This document shows positions 36,795-49,999 of a stretch of DNA of 64,000 nt, piece after piece. Below the pieces are notes generated by a model, which was given only the letters and a program-made list of their open reading frames with translations, was not told where the DNA came from and ran no database searches. The position numbers and the translations under genes are program-made. The first letter of the stretch is position 1, and the number at the start of each line of letters is the position of its first letter. Source of the stretch: Pocillopora damicornis. Lineage: Eukaryota. The stretch spans positions 124,001 through 188,000 of the forward strand of contig NW_020845282.1 in the NCBI RefSeq assembly GCF_003704095.1. Reading direction: 5' to 3'.

Positions 36795-39700
36795 ATGTTT
36801 CGCCTGTGTGTTGTTGGAAGTGGGGGAGTGGGGAAAAGCTCTTTGACAATACGTTACCTGAAGAATGAGTTCACAGAGGTAGGAAGTTGAATGTCATTTA
36901 TCACTTTCTATCAGTCTTGGATAGGCTGTGAATAAGATGAATTTTAAAACATCAATTAGATTGTGTGCTATTGAAAAGTGTGCTATTGAAAAATAAGCAT
37001 ACTTGTTGCTTTTTGTTCAAGAAACTATCTATGGCCCCTTCCACTTAACAAGTAGATTCCATGTTGCTGTTTTTCATTAGTTCAGCAATGGATCAAAGAA
37101 GACTTCAAAATGTGTTAAGAACAAAAAATTTAACACATGGAGTGCAGCTAAGTGTGCCACTGATGTTCTTAGCACATTTTGATGTGTTCTGTGCTCTATT
37201 ACTGTACAGACCTGTAGCAATGTTTTTTCTTGTGCAGAAAAGAAAATTCAGCTTTATCAGAGCACACATGCCTAACTAACCTTACAATTGAGTGGGATAA
37301 GTCTAAAGTTATCACCACTAANNNNNNNNNNNNNNNNNNNNNNNNNNNNNNNNNNNNNNNNNNNNNNNNNNNNNNNNNNNNNNNNNNNNNNNNNNNNNNN
37401 NNNNNNNNNNNNNNNNNNNNNTAATGTTATTATCTGAGCAACTGTGTACCTGCCCCTCCCTAAAACCATCATTAACCCAAACTTGTTATCAGTTGTCTGT
37501 TGTTGTGTTAGGAGAGGGGTGGGTGCACAGTTTCTTGGATACTGTTATTGATTCAAATTATTTTACAAGGCTAGGAGTGATACCAAGAATTACCATTTGA
37601 AGTGTATGTAATAAATATTATTCTCCCTGTTTTCATGTGCGGCTGATGATCAGAGGAGACATACAGAAAGGAGGTATGCATAGCAGAGTTATGAACTTAG
37701 AGAAATTGCTGATAGGTAGAGCAACATCCAATCCTGCTAAAGTGGCAAGACTTTTAGGGCTTCTATGCTAAAAAAAAAATAAGGCTAAGCCGTAGGTTTG
37801 TATATCATTTTGGCTAAATTCAAACTTCTTTAAGGATAAGAGCAATCATACTTTGAACAAGAGGCTGCTGTGACCTTCACTTGGGCTGTGTTTACTTTAG
37901 AGGGTAGTAAATGGCTTATTCTTGTATCCGAGGGCCAGGAAGTTTAAGATTGTGTGACCCTTATAATCACAGAAATGTTGGAAGTGCCTTTTTGGAAGAC
38001 ATACAATAACAGTAGCATGATTTTAGACTTGGGCTTTTCCTCAGGAAAGTTATTATTCAGTTATTATTTTAGCTCATTGTCCATTTTTCCTCTTTCCAAA
38101 CCTAGATTGAATATAATGGAAAGCTCTATGACGTGGAGATAGTAGACACTGCGGGTCAAGAAGAGTTTAGTTCTTTCCGCGATTCATCAGTTGCAACTGG
38201 GGATGCATTCTTGGTACTATTTGCCATAAATTCCACATCAAGTTGGCATGAACTGAAGGATCTACGAAGCAAGATTATTCAGGATAGGCAATTGAGTTCC
38301 ACTATACCCATGGTCTTAGTGGCTAATAAGTTGGTGAGTTACAGTCTTTTCCCATGCACCCTAACATCAGTATGCATATTCGCTATATTGTTTTCTACAC
38401 ATTTCTTTAGGAGCTGACAAGGAGAATTTGCTTAACAATCAAGAGCTTCTTTAGTTAGTAATCATTTCCTTTATTCTCATGACCTTAATGTGTGATTCAG
38501 GGGTGACGTTGTAAGGAGAGATTAGATTCTAGTCACTCTTGAGGTCAAAGGGTTAAGCACAACAAATAAAAGAAATCTTCAAACCAGTAGAGCAAACCTT
38601 ATACATGTTGAATTTTCAAGTATTCAAAGCTGATTTTAGGCAGTAATAAGGGGTACTGCAAGTGGTAAATTTACTGGTTACTACCTGAAAAGGAAAACAC
38701 TTATACGTATACACTATTTGCCTCACACACATGCAATAACAGAATACTGAGTCTGCATTGTAAGTTATGGGCTTAGTTTTATCCCCTTTGATTGCGATGG
38801 CGCAAACATAAACAATGCTTGCTTTAAACCAGTGGGGAAAACTTACCCCACAAAGCAAGGAGTCAATTTCTCTTTTTTACCACCATTTACTAAATCCATG
38901 TAACTATATAACATGGAGGTCTTCTGTAGGTGTTAGAATATTTCCTGTTTAATTCATTTAGCACTATTGGTTCTATTTAATGTCTTTCAAGATTGATGAT
39001 TTGCAGTAAATTGATTTCCTTATTTGCTATCACAGGATCTAGATGGTGAACGCGAAGTGACAAAGGATGAAGTGTTGGAATACTGCAATTCAGCTGAAGT
39101 CAACATTCCATTAATTGAAACGTCAGCTAAGGTTTGTCTGTAATTAACCTTTAAACTCCCAAGATCTGATTGTCAATTCTCCCATCTAGCTGCTGCACAT
39201 TTCCTTGCAAATTACTTACCATAATTTGTTGTTAGATCAAGGTAACAAATTCTACTTGAAGAGTTTGAATATTCTCATTACCTGTTTGTTGGATAATAAA
39301 GAGAGATTGTAGGGAGAAGTTACATGTTATCACTTCTGGGAGTGAAAGGGTTAATCTTGGGGAGTTCACTCATTCTACACCCAACCCCTCAGTCACTCCC
39401 AAGATCTCAGCATGTCTTCCATACATTTCTTGAAGTGTTAGTTCAGAGAATTTGGTGTTGAATCAAATAGATATTTGTGTCACTTCTCATCAGCCTTCAT
39501 TCAGACAGTATAGAAATACATGACATTCAGATCTTGGGAATTAAAGGGTTCAGAATAAACAAACTCTACCATTTTATTGGGACTCAGAACCAATCTTATG
39601 CTATGAAAGGGGGTGTGGCTCATTAGAAAAGGGGTCTGGGATTATCTTTGAGGCATGACTGGTCTAAAATATTTAGAGGGGGCTGATTATGAAATTAATG

Positions 39701-40249
39701 CATAGGTTAGTTATTCTGTATTATCTTTGAGGGAAATCTAATGGAGGGGGGATCAATTATTTGAAATTTGATGCCCTGGAAGAGGCTTACCAGAGTTTTT
39801 TTGGGGTGATTAATCATCAGTATGCAAGTTTTCCATACTATTCTCTGTACATTCCCTATGGTATTACAAGAAGACTTTGTTTAACAATCAAGTACCTCAT
39901 GGGTTTGTCATCATTTCCTTCATTCTCCTGACCTTATTGTTTGATTCAGGGGTGATACTGTTGGGAGAGAGTAGATTCTTATCACTTTGAGGGGTGAAAG
40001 GGTTTATAAGGAAATTTGTGGCAGCTAAGAGAAAAGTTGTTGACCAGATTCTCAGAGTTTAAAGTTAAAATATAAATTAAATCATTGTTTTTTTTTGTAT
40101 TGTTTTTTTAGACTGGCTTAAATGTTGAGGAATCATTTCAACTTATGATGCAGCAGATTCAAAGAATTCAACCAGCACTTTTAGAAAGAACAGTACCCAA
40201 AAATCATGCAAACAAACCACAGAAAAAAGATAATTGTGTTCTACTCTAG
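36795..40249 (+). CDS. Ras-family small GTPase (Ras/Rap-like) with CaaX CVLL
   Basis: Exons 36795-36878 (GSGGVGKS), a missing effector-loop micro-exon, 37654-37673 (EETYRKE), 38106-38333 (DTAGQEE, ANKL), 39036-39131 (D..ETSAK), 40112-40249 (KKDNCVLL*). Confidence 0.9.
37235..37321 (+). mobile_element. Penelope-like element GIY-YIG endonuclease C-terminal fragment
   Basis: Translates ENSALSEHTCLTNLTIEWDKSKVITT, matching the typical SALAEH..H.IDW..SKII motif. Truncated by the N gap. Confidence 0.6.
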
Positions 40250-42652
40250 GATTAGTAGATAATGAGATTTAATTTTCGCAGCTGAACAGGAAGTGGGGAA
40301 AAAAAAAGATTTTGATATTAAAACAGTTGCTGACAAGGAGGACCTTTGTCATTACAGAATACCTGTTCAACTTTCTGTGGGTCGGTTTGGAATGGGAACA
40401 CATACCAACAGCTTTACCATACTTAGCTTACCGCAAGTGTTTTCAATTACAGTGTTTCAATCTCTTGAAGTTTTGGACAGAAAGCAGAAATAATGCAGGA
40501 GATTTGCGTTAAAGCTGGTTGTTTTGTGTAATTTGGCAAGAAAAAGAATGTAGCTCCCAGCCTTACAACATAAATTTGTAGCTGTAACAGTATTTTGACT
40601 TTTATGTGGCTTAAAAGTGAAGAATATGTGGACATTTTATGGCCAGTGTATGGTGACACGTGACCACTATTTGGAATGAATAAAAAAATTCTGGTGTTTC
40701 AGTCTGATTGTGATTTGATAACCCTTTCATTTCATAAGTGATGTATATGCAACTTCTCATTTTCTTATTAATCATATTTTAAGTAAAAAGAGGATGAGAA
40801 TGTGGAAAGTGATCAGCTTGAAAACTTTGACATAACTCTTTACACCCTAAAATCAGTGAGCATATTCTCTGTATTGTTCTTAATACATTTCCTAAGTTGC
40901 TGACAAGGAGAATTTCATGTCCATTATGTTTGATTCAGCTGTGATATTGTAAGGAGAAATAAGAGGACTATCATTCTGTGGGCTCAAAGGGTTAGGAAAC
41001 CTGTATTACTTGCTGAAGAGTATTACTTCTCACATGATAGGTGTGTAAGGGGTGATTTTAGGGTTAATACAAACTGTTGATATCCGTTGCAAGAGAAACT
41101 TTCCATTGTTAAAGCCATGCCCCTGATTTGTGTGGCTTTCATGGAATTAATTTTTTTTGTCACTTTGGGAAGTTGTTTCAAATTGCTCCAATAACTCTGA
41201 CATGCTCTACATGGATCCTTCATGAAAACCATCACAAGATTTGAAGGGTTACAGGGAATTAAGCTGATCAGGACTTTGATGCAAAAACTTATTCTCCTTG
41301 AGTTTCCACATGAAATACAAACTAATTTGGAAGGAGAATATCACAGTCAATCAGAAGTCACATGCAGTGTTCTCACTTGCATCCCTTAACTGATTCCCTA
41401 CACCCCTTAACCCTTTCCTTCTTGGCATTAGTATGCATATCTTCCATACTGTTTCCTAAACATTCCCTAAATTGCTGATGAGGAGAATTTGATTCATAAT
41501 CCATAGCTTTTCTAGTTGGTAACCATTTCCTTTATTATCATGACCTTACTCTTTCATTCAGGGGTGATATTATAAGGAGAAATTGGATGCAAGTCACTCT
41601 TAGGTGGTTAAAGGGTTAACTCCACACAATTTTGACTTTGGAGGGGGCTCTTGAGCTTTATTAGAAACAAGGGTAGAGAAGCATTTTTCTGTTTTCTGTG
41701 CACAGTATTTGATAAGTTATGAAAAAAACTGTTCTTGACCTGACCTATTAAAACTATCCACCTATGTCATTTGGATGTGGCAATATGGCGAAAAACAAAG
41801 TGGGGGTACTTGGGAGGTACACACTTTTGCGCGGTCATGACCCTTAGAACTTCAAAGACTAATTGTTGTATAACTTCAAGAAATGCAAAATATTATTCAG
41901 CAAACAAGATGAAAAAATTAGGATGCCTTAAATTATGCAGGCATTATTAACAACTTTGATCTTAATTTATCTGACCCTAATGATACTATTCAAACTGATT
42001 AGCAGTTTCAAAAGCTCAAACATTTTTACCCTAATTCTATTAGTGTGTCGGTACATAGAATTGCGGTCGTTCCCCCGACGAACAAACAGTGCATCAAATT
42101 ACAGAGATTAAGCTGTTATTCCACTTTTTAATTTCTTTTAGATACTTGTTGACCGTGTTATCAAAACAACAGCTTATTCAACCACTGGGATATTTAACTT
42201 CTTCGGAACTTCTGCGATCAAAAGCGAAATCATTTTTTTTATGTAATAGACGCATCGAGGCCAAATATTTGAGGCAAAAAGTCAGCTGTGATGTCAGTAT
42301 ACAACTCAGAAAAATATTACACCACTCATATTGTATTTCGTAACAAAAACTCATAAAACACTAGTTTTATTTTATGATACCATTTTAAAGAACTCTACAC
42401 AACTCATAGATAAGACGATATATACATCAGGCGCAATGACTTCGAAGTTCGGGCGGAATGACCGGATACCGGTACATAGTATAATAGTTCGGCCGAACGA
42501 GTAGTTTATTAACGGAAAATCATTTGACCAAAAAGCTTGAGCAAGAAAACGAGCATAGATGACACTGTGTTTCTCAGTTGGATAGGACTTTTTGCGAATG
42601 TGGTGGCTCCTAAAAGAGCCGTTTTTGGTGAAGAGTTGATGTCTTCCGGTTT

Positions 42653-43213
42653 CTACTTCTTGGCGGACTTCTTTGGAGATTTCACTGCCTTTTTGGCGGG
42701 CTTTTTAGCTGCGGGCTTCTTTGCTGCAGGCTTCTTTGCTGCGGGCTTTTTAGCAGCTGGTTTTTTAGCGGTTGGTTTCTTCGCTGCTGGCTTTTTAGCT
42801 GCAGGTTTCTTCGCCGCTGCCTTTTTGGCCGCGGGTTTCTTTGCAACCTTCGCCGCTGGTTTCTTTGCTGCTTTTTTAGCGGCGGGCTTCTTTGGTTTGG
42901 CAGCAGGCTTCTTCTTTGCAACTGGCTTTTTCTTCGGCTTCTTCTCTTCCTTTGGTAGCTTGAAAGAACCAGAAGCACCAACTCCCTTAGTGTGAAGAAG
43001 CTTTCCACTAGCAGCACCCCTCTTCAAAGCCATCTTCAGGTGTGGACCGATCTCACCAACCTTGTAGTTAGCCTTGATATACTTCTCGATGGCTTGGCGC
43101 GATGAACCGTTTCGTTCTTTCAAAGCTAAGATCGCAGCTTTGATCATATCTATATAAGGTGGATGTTCGGCAGGCTTTTTCTCGGCCGGCTTCTTCGTCT
43201 TTGCCTCGGACAT
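42653..43213 (-). CDS. H1: Histone H1 (quintet 1)
   Basis: Winged-helix [26 protein letters not shown]...GASGSFKL with a KKPAA-rich tail; intronless; stem-loop at 42605-42620. Confidence 0.97.
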   Translation of the reverse strand: MSEAKTKKPAEKKPAEHPPYIDMIKAAILALKERNGSSRQAIEKYIKANYKVGEIGPHLKMALKRGAASGKLLHTKGVGASGSFKLPKEEKKPKKKPVAKKKPAAKPKKPAAKKAAKKPAAKVAKKPAAKKAAAKKPAAKKPAAKKPTAKKPAAKKPAAKKPAAKKPAAKKPAKKAVKSPKKSAKK

Positions 43214-45230
43214 GGTTTCGAATCGAGTGTCTCAGTAATACTAGTAAATCGATGACCGATAGAGGTTCGCCGCGATCTATATGCGCTAAATGCGGACCGC
43301 CGAGAAAACAAATGCGAACAACATGGCGTCGTGTAATTTTGTGCTAGTTCACTTCACGTTTTGGTCCATGGGATGGTATTTTATTGTTATTATTGTAATC
43401 ACGATCTTAAAAAGATAACTTTTATATCCATTTAAGAAGTTCGTGTTAAACATATTTCATTAAAGACCCGCTAAGTATGTTATTTTCAGCGAAAAAAGTA
43501 CGACAACACGAAGATTTTTGAAAACATTTCGTTAATAGAGTCAAATAACATCCGTATTGAGCGTTGTTTTCCATAAAATAGATCATTTTAAGAAAGACGA
43601 ACTCCCTTACAATCAATTTTTACCCTTAAATCGCGCTGATCTACAATTTCCCATGGATAAATGGCATTTATATATGAACAACAAAGACAAAGACAGATCA
43701 GTCTTCTCTTTGCCTCTGTTTTCCGCGTGAAAGATTTTCATATCCAACCAACTATTCAAAATGAAATGTGAAAACAGGGAAATTTTGGGTTTATTTGATT
43801 CATTGAGGAAGCTAAATGAAGGATTTCTTGTAAAATGCTATGAATTTTGGAGAATTGGCGTGCCAGGACCGATCTGTTCGTCTGAAATAACTTCACTATT
43901 TAAGTTTATCCATCGGCCATCATGCCGCTCTCTCTTATTGTGTTCGCGTCTCAGTGATTTATTCGCTGTTAAGTCCTGAACTAAAACAGTGAAAATATGT
44001 TATTTTGGAAAGTTTGAGAAATTAAAAGAAATAAGTTGGGAACTGAAGCGACCACAGCAAGATTTCAAGAAGTTACGACTATTTCGAAGCCAAACACAAT
44101 CCCACAACACATGGCCTCTGAATACGAAAAACCTAATAACTTTAATATGCCCATCGATCGACTCAGCTATAACTATAAAATTTACGATCTTACAACAGAG
44201 AAAAAACATTGGATAATTAAAAGCCACAAGGTTGAAAATTCTACTCGTTCGTTATTCAAGGCAAAATGCGCGCAAAATCTTCCTACGTACGTGAGTCAAT
44301 TTTGCCACAAGGGAGTAAGAGCCGAGAGAAAGATTTATCGCGAATGCTATATTTCTTTTCGCATTTATATTTCTCACGAATATAAACAGTAGTAGCTGAG
44401 GTGTTCGTTAATAAACTACATGTTAAAGACAATCCTTTATAGACTCGAGGAGAGCTCTGAAGTAACCGCTTCAATCTCGTGCACTCCTCGGCTTTTTGTG
44501 ACAGTTTTTGTTAGCTAGGCGGCTAGTTTTGGCAGTAGAGCATATTCCGTTAAAGCGTGAAAAGTGATTGAATTCTCCAGGCGGACAACTTTTAAAATAA
44601 TGGGTTTTGAAGCACATTCCAAGTAATCTAGATATTGACGGTCATTGCATGGCAAATGTGACTGAGATCGACTTTTTTTTCCATTGAATGTAGTAATTAC
44701 AGGTCTCGTAAGCAGGGTCATATAAATTATATATGCCGGCATAATTTTAGCCATTATGCTACCTGCTTATAGTCAGAGCATCGAAGATGTCGCCGGCTTA
44801 TCGACTGAACTTCTTAAAATTTCTTTGATGTTACGGTTCAAGAGATAAATAGTGCACCCTGAATACTGTTAAAAGTGTGCCTGTTTTTTTTTCTTACGCT
44901 TTAGAGATTTGAAACAGGAAGCTTGTGTTATGAACTTCTCTCGACCTTTGTAAGCCTTTAATTCTTGGCAAGTATCACCTGTTGATGGAAGAGAAGTCTG
45001 AGGAAAACTTTTAAGCTATTATTTATCATAGTGAACAAGATGAAACTTTCATTATAATTTTGTAATTTCAGAGGTGACGCTCATAAGCATCCTATATCCA
45101 AATTTACGAGCAAAGCATATCTGACCCTTCGATATCAGTTGTTGCCTATATTTTATAAACTTTATTGGTCATTGCTTTTATTCATGTGGTGGCTCCTATA
45201 GGAGCCGTTTGTTTTGTGGAGGTTCTTCAC

Positions 45231-45695
<465 letters not shown>

Positions 45696-46092
45696 TCAGG
45701 CGGGCTTCTTTCTGATTGGTTCAAAATTAAGATTTTGATTGGCTAAATCCAGCAACTCTGAATAATTTCACAGATCTGTGGTCGCATTTGGATCCAAATG
45801 ATGATGATGTATTTTTTCCAGCTTTATTCATACTATCCTGACATAAGACTTACAAATGACAAAATGTTTTGGAACATTTGTTACTTGAGATTCGATTTTG
45901 GAATTACCAGTGGAAAAGAACATTTCTGTTTTCTATAAAGTAAGTCCTGTGCTTCTAGTGTGGATTTATTGTAATGTATGGTAATAAAACTGTATCTATT
46001 TACAAGCTCTTAACCAATGAGAATACTCATGGATGTCTTGTTTTCTACGAGGTCATCCGTCTGTGTATATAAAGCCCAAGTTACAGCAATAA

Positions 46093-46434
<342 letters not shown>

Positions 46435-46460
46435 ACAGACCCTTCTGAAACAAAACAAAC

Positions 46461-46501
46461 GGCTCCTTTAGGAGCCACCAAATCTTATAAAAGTCTTGAC
46501 C
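46461..46501 (+). terminator. Histone 3' processing signal (stem-loop + ACCA + downstream element); representative of 10 copies
   Basis: aaac-GGCTCC-TTTA-GGAGCC-acca..aaaagtcttgacc. The same arrangement follows all ten histone genes. Confidence 0.92.
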
Positions 46502-47392
46502 AATAAAACTTAAATAGTTAATTCCCGCCTCTCGAAAGTAACATCTTAGGTCATCTTACTCTTGGCTATAGTAAGCTACACAACCTTTTCGGCTGTCACA
46601 CTCTCTCCACCTCTTCACGCTCGCGCACAACTCAACAGTTTGCCACGAAGCTGTGCGTAAACGTATTGGATAGTATTTACTGCGAACCTCAATTGCACTC
46701 TTGAAGAATATGAAGAAAAGTTATTTATAAGTTATTTATGTTGTTTGGTGCGTCTTATCATTGGGAAAAATTTGCATATCGGGTTTTGGCGCAATTTCTA
46801 GAGTGATCAATTGCCCATGACGACCGTTCAGAAAGATGCCTTCACGCACGAAGCGTTGATCCCATTTTATCTTATTGAAAAATAAAAGCTGACTAAACAC
46901 TGTATTTCACGCTGATGAAATAACTTTCATGAAAAAAGAGGATTTAATTCCTCATGTGATCAAATAATCTTCACATACTTCGGTTTTAACTCTGCGCCTT
47001 ATTAGCGCACAGATCTCAGGAGCAATATAGCATAGAAAAAAAGGTGTTCGCATATAGGAGGTCAACGAGAATTGAATTGTCTATGGGAATTGAGTTATCT
47101 TAGATCGAGTTTTGGCGCAAATTACTGCAACGTTCACTGATATCGTGAGCTTACCCAGAGGGGCAAATCAAACTGATAACAATGGTGTAGCTTGAAGGAA
47201 AAAATCTCAAATTCAGATCTTGGGAACATCTCAGGAAAAGGAATTTTTTGCACTACGCTGGAGAGTCTTATTATTGCTTATTAAAATAGGTTAATATTTA
47301 GTTGGTACTTATGTGTTATTTCGCTCATTGGTCAAGACTTTTGTCGTACTTGGTGGCTCCTAAAGGAGCCGTTTTAGTGAATTATAGCCGAT

Positions 47393-47773
47393 TTAAGCCT
47401 TGGCTTTCTTCTCGGTCTTCTTGGGTAGAAGCACAGCCTGAATGTTAGGAAGAACGCCTCCCTGGGCAATAGTGACACCGGCCAGCAGCTTGTTTAACTC
47501 TTCGTCATTACGCACAGCCAGCTGAAGGTGACGGGGAATGATTCTTGTCTTCTTGTTGTCACGAGCAGCGTTGCCCGCCAACTCGAGGATCTCAGCGCTC
47601 AAATATTCAAGCACCGCAGCCAAGTACACTGGTGCACCGGCGCCAACTCGCTCAGCATAATTGCCTTTGCGAAGAAGACGGTGAATTCGACCTACAGGGA
47701 ATTGTAGCCCTGCTCGTGATGAGCGGCTCTTGGACTTGGTGCCCTTAGCTTTACCTTTACCGCGACCAGACAT
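47393..47773 (-). CDS. H2A: Histone H2A (quintet 1)
   Basis: [25 protein letters not shown]. The true ATG is at 47773. Stem-loop at 47355-47370. Confidence 0.98.
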   Translation of the reverse strand: MSGRGKGKAKGTKSKSRSSRAGLQFPVGRIHRLLRKGNYAERVGAGAPVYLAAVLEYLSAEILELAGNAARDNKKTRIIPRHLQLAVRNDEELNKLLAGVTIAQGGVLPNIQAVLLPKKTEKKAKA

Positions 47774-48069
47774 GATGTTACATACAAGTTTTAACGGATC
47801 AATAGTATTTATGACCTCCAACTCTTGTATTTATAGTTCGTTTATCATGCAGGTAGGATCGAAAAGCACCAATCGGTTGTTAGTTTTCAATGAGCTTAAT
47901 CCCTAAATAAAGAAAGAATGCTTTGCTAATTGACCCCAATGTTAGCAAAGCAATGAGCCAATCATTTATCGAGAATTTCGATCCGTATGATAATAGATCC
48001 TCTTACGTTTCTGTTATAAATACAAGACGAGTTGCGCTGCTCATCTATTCATCGTTGTGATTTAGCAAG
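47774..48069. promoter_or_regulatory. Divergent H2A-H2B promoter
   Basis: TATA boxes on both strands, CCAAT boxes and GATCC motifs. These blocks are conserved with the second copy at 52177-52480. Confidence 0.8.
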
Positions 48070-48441
48070 ATGCCAGCTAAAGTTGCAGGAAAGAAAGGCG
48101 AGAAGAAAGCCGGAAAGGCTAAAGCCATTGCTGATGGAAAGAAGAAGAGGAGAGGAAAGAGAAGGGAAAGCTATGCTATCTACATCTACAAGGTGTTGAA
48201 GCAAGTTCACCCCGACACTGGTATCTCCAGCAAAGCCATGGGCATCATGAACTCGTTCGTCAACGACATCTTCGAGCGCATCGCCACCGAAGCTTCCCGC
48301 CTTGCCCATTACAACAAGAAGTCGACCATCAGCTCTCGCGAGATCCAGACCGCCATCAGGCTGCTTTTGCCCGGTGAACTGGCTAAACACGCCGTGAGTG
48401 AAGGAACTAAGGCTGTGACCAAGTACACCAGCAGCAAGTAA
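48070..48441 (+). CDS. H2B: Histone H2B (quintet 1)
   Basis: [34 protein letters not shown]; stem-loop at 48474-48489. Confidence 0.99.
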   Translation: MPAKVAGKKGEKKAGKAKAIADGKKKRRGKRRESYAIYIYKVLKQVHPDTGISSKAMGIMNSFVNDIFERIATEASRLAHYNKKSTISSREIQTAIRLLLPGELAKHAVSEGTKAVTKYTSSK

Positions 48442-49360
48442 ACTCGCCTAGTGGGTTTTCCGCCAAAACCAACGGCTCTTTTAGGAGCCACCAAATGTTA
48501 CGAAAGTCAATCATTAACGCAATACGAGCTTTGAAACATGAAAATGTTTCCCTTAGTATGGTTCCGAACGAAACAAAATTTTACAAACGAAGAAGTACAG
48601 CAAAGATGAGTCACAGATGAACCGGGAAAGGAAGGGTAGACTATTGTTCATGATTAATTTTACAAAATGTCACACTCAACATTATTAACACTTTGAAGAG
48701 ACTTTTTTTTTTAATTTACCAACGGTAATTGCTCGATCACTTATTGCCTGACAAAACGCTGGTTTATTCCAGAAACGTGATTGATGTACAAAAGATTTCC
48801 GGAGTTTAAAGCTTTTTTAGCTGCCTACTTACGAGACGGCTGGATTGTAACGCAAATATATGCAAGTGGTTATTGAATGAGCTACGAGACACAGGTGGCC
48901 TGATCTAACCTTATTGGAAGAGTCAGACTTTCACTTCAGCCGTTTTTTTCATTTTCGCTAAGTACACAGTATACCTTAACTGTTATCTAAAAAGCTCTCT
49001 TGCTACCAAGCGCCCCATCTAAACGATCGAGAAATCGAAATAGCCTGCGAAGCTAATGGTCTTGAGTCCGCTTTAAGCGGGAAAGCGGTTTAATGAGTGA
49101 GGAAAAATGTTTCTTCTCGTCCCAAGCCTTCCGCAGCTTCTGTGCTTGAAAGCGAAGCACGAATACCGCCAGCTATACGCGATACTCGATAAGGTTGAAG
49201 TTTTAAGAGAGCAAAACTTTAGTAAGGGCCAAAACCATAATTATCGGAAAGTTAAACTCGATTATCGAAGACGGTTTAATACTCAGTTGGTCATAACTTT
49301 GTTTTCAATGTGGTGGCTCCTAAAGGAGCCGTTTGATTTAATTAGGAGTTGCTGTCCTCC

Positions 49361-49812
49361 TTATTTCTTGGCGGCCTTCTTCGGCGATTTCTTTGCTACT
49401 TTCTTGGCGGGCTTCTTCGCTGCTGGTTTTTTAGCCGCAGGTTTCTTTGCTGCTGGTTTTTTAGCTGCAGGTTTCTTTGCTGCTGGTTTTTTAGCTGCAG
49501 GTTTTTTCACTGCTGGCTTTTTAGCTGTGGGTTTCTTTACGGCCGCTGGTTTCTTTGCAGTCTTCTTGGCTGCTGGTTTCTTTGCTGCCTTCTTGGCGGC
49601 GGGCTTCTTTGGTTGAGCAGCAGACTTCTTTGCTGCTGGCTTCTTCTTCGGCTTCTTCTCCTTCTTTTCCTCCTTGGCCACCTTGAAGGAACCAGAAGCT
49701 CCAACTCCCTTGGTGTGGACAAACTTTCCACTCGTGACGCCCCTCTTTAAAGCCATCTTCAGGTGTGGACCGACCTCACCAACCTTGTAGTTGGCCTTGA
49801 TGTACTTCTCGA
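49361..49812 (-). CDS. H1: Histone H1 (quintet 2); 5' part lost in N gap
   Basis: [31 protein letters not shown] with a KKPAA tail; stem-loop at 49315-49330. Confidence 0.93.
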
Positions 49813-49912
49813 NNNNNNNNNNNNNNNNNNNNNNNNNNNNNNNNNNNNNNNNNNNNNNNNNNNNNNNNNNNNNNNNNNNNNNNNNNNNNNNNNNNNNNNN
49901 NNNNNNNNNNNN

Positions 49913-49999
49913 AACTTGTGCGCCATCCACGCCAAGCGTGTCACGATCATGCCCAAGGACATTCAGTTGGCCCGCCGAATCCGCGGAGAACGAGCGTAA
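49913..49999 (+). CDS. H3: Histone H3 3' fragment (quintet 2)
   Basis: [28 protein letters not shown]; stem-loop at 50025-50040. Confidence 0.92.
   Translation, partial: NLCAIHAKRVTIMPKDIQLARRIRGERA

Noticed and set aside
42537-42995. Hydrophobic Ala/Phe/Gly-rich ORFs (also 49107-49616) and other ORFs antisense to histones
   Set aside because: These are antisense shadows of the KKPAA repeats and histone codons.
44036-44392. 118-aa ORF in the H1-H3 spacer
   Set aside because: Non-ATG start, no recognisable motif and no splice or promoter support.
47331-47345. ggtcaagactttt as a possible U7 snRNA gene (also ~51733)
   Set aside because: It is the reverse complement of the H2A downstream element. 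No Sm site or U7 hairpin follows.
47774-47821. N-terminal extension of H2A in the ORF track
   Set aside because: It arises from an upstream non-ATG start in the 5'UTR/promoter and is absent from the second H2A.
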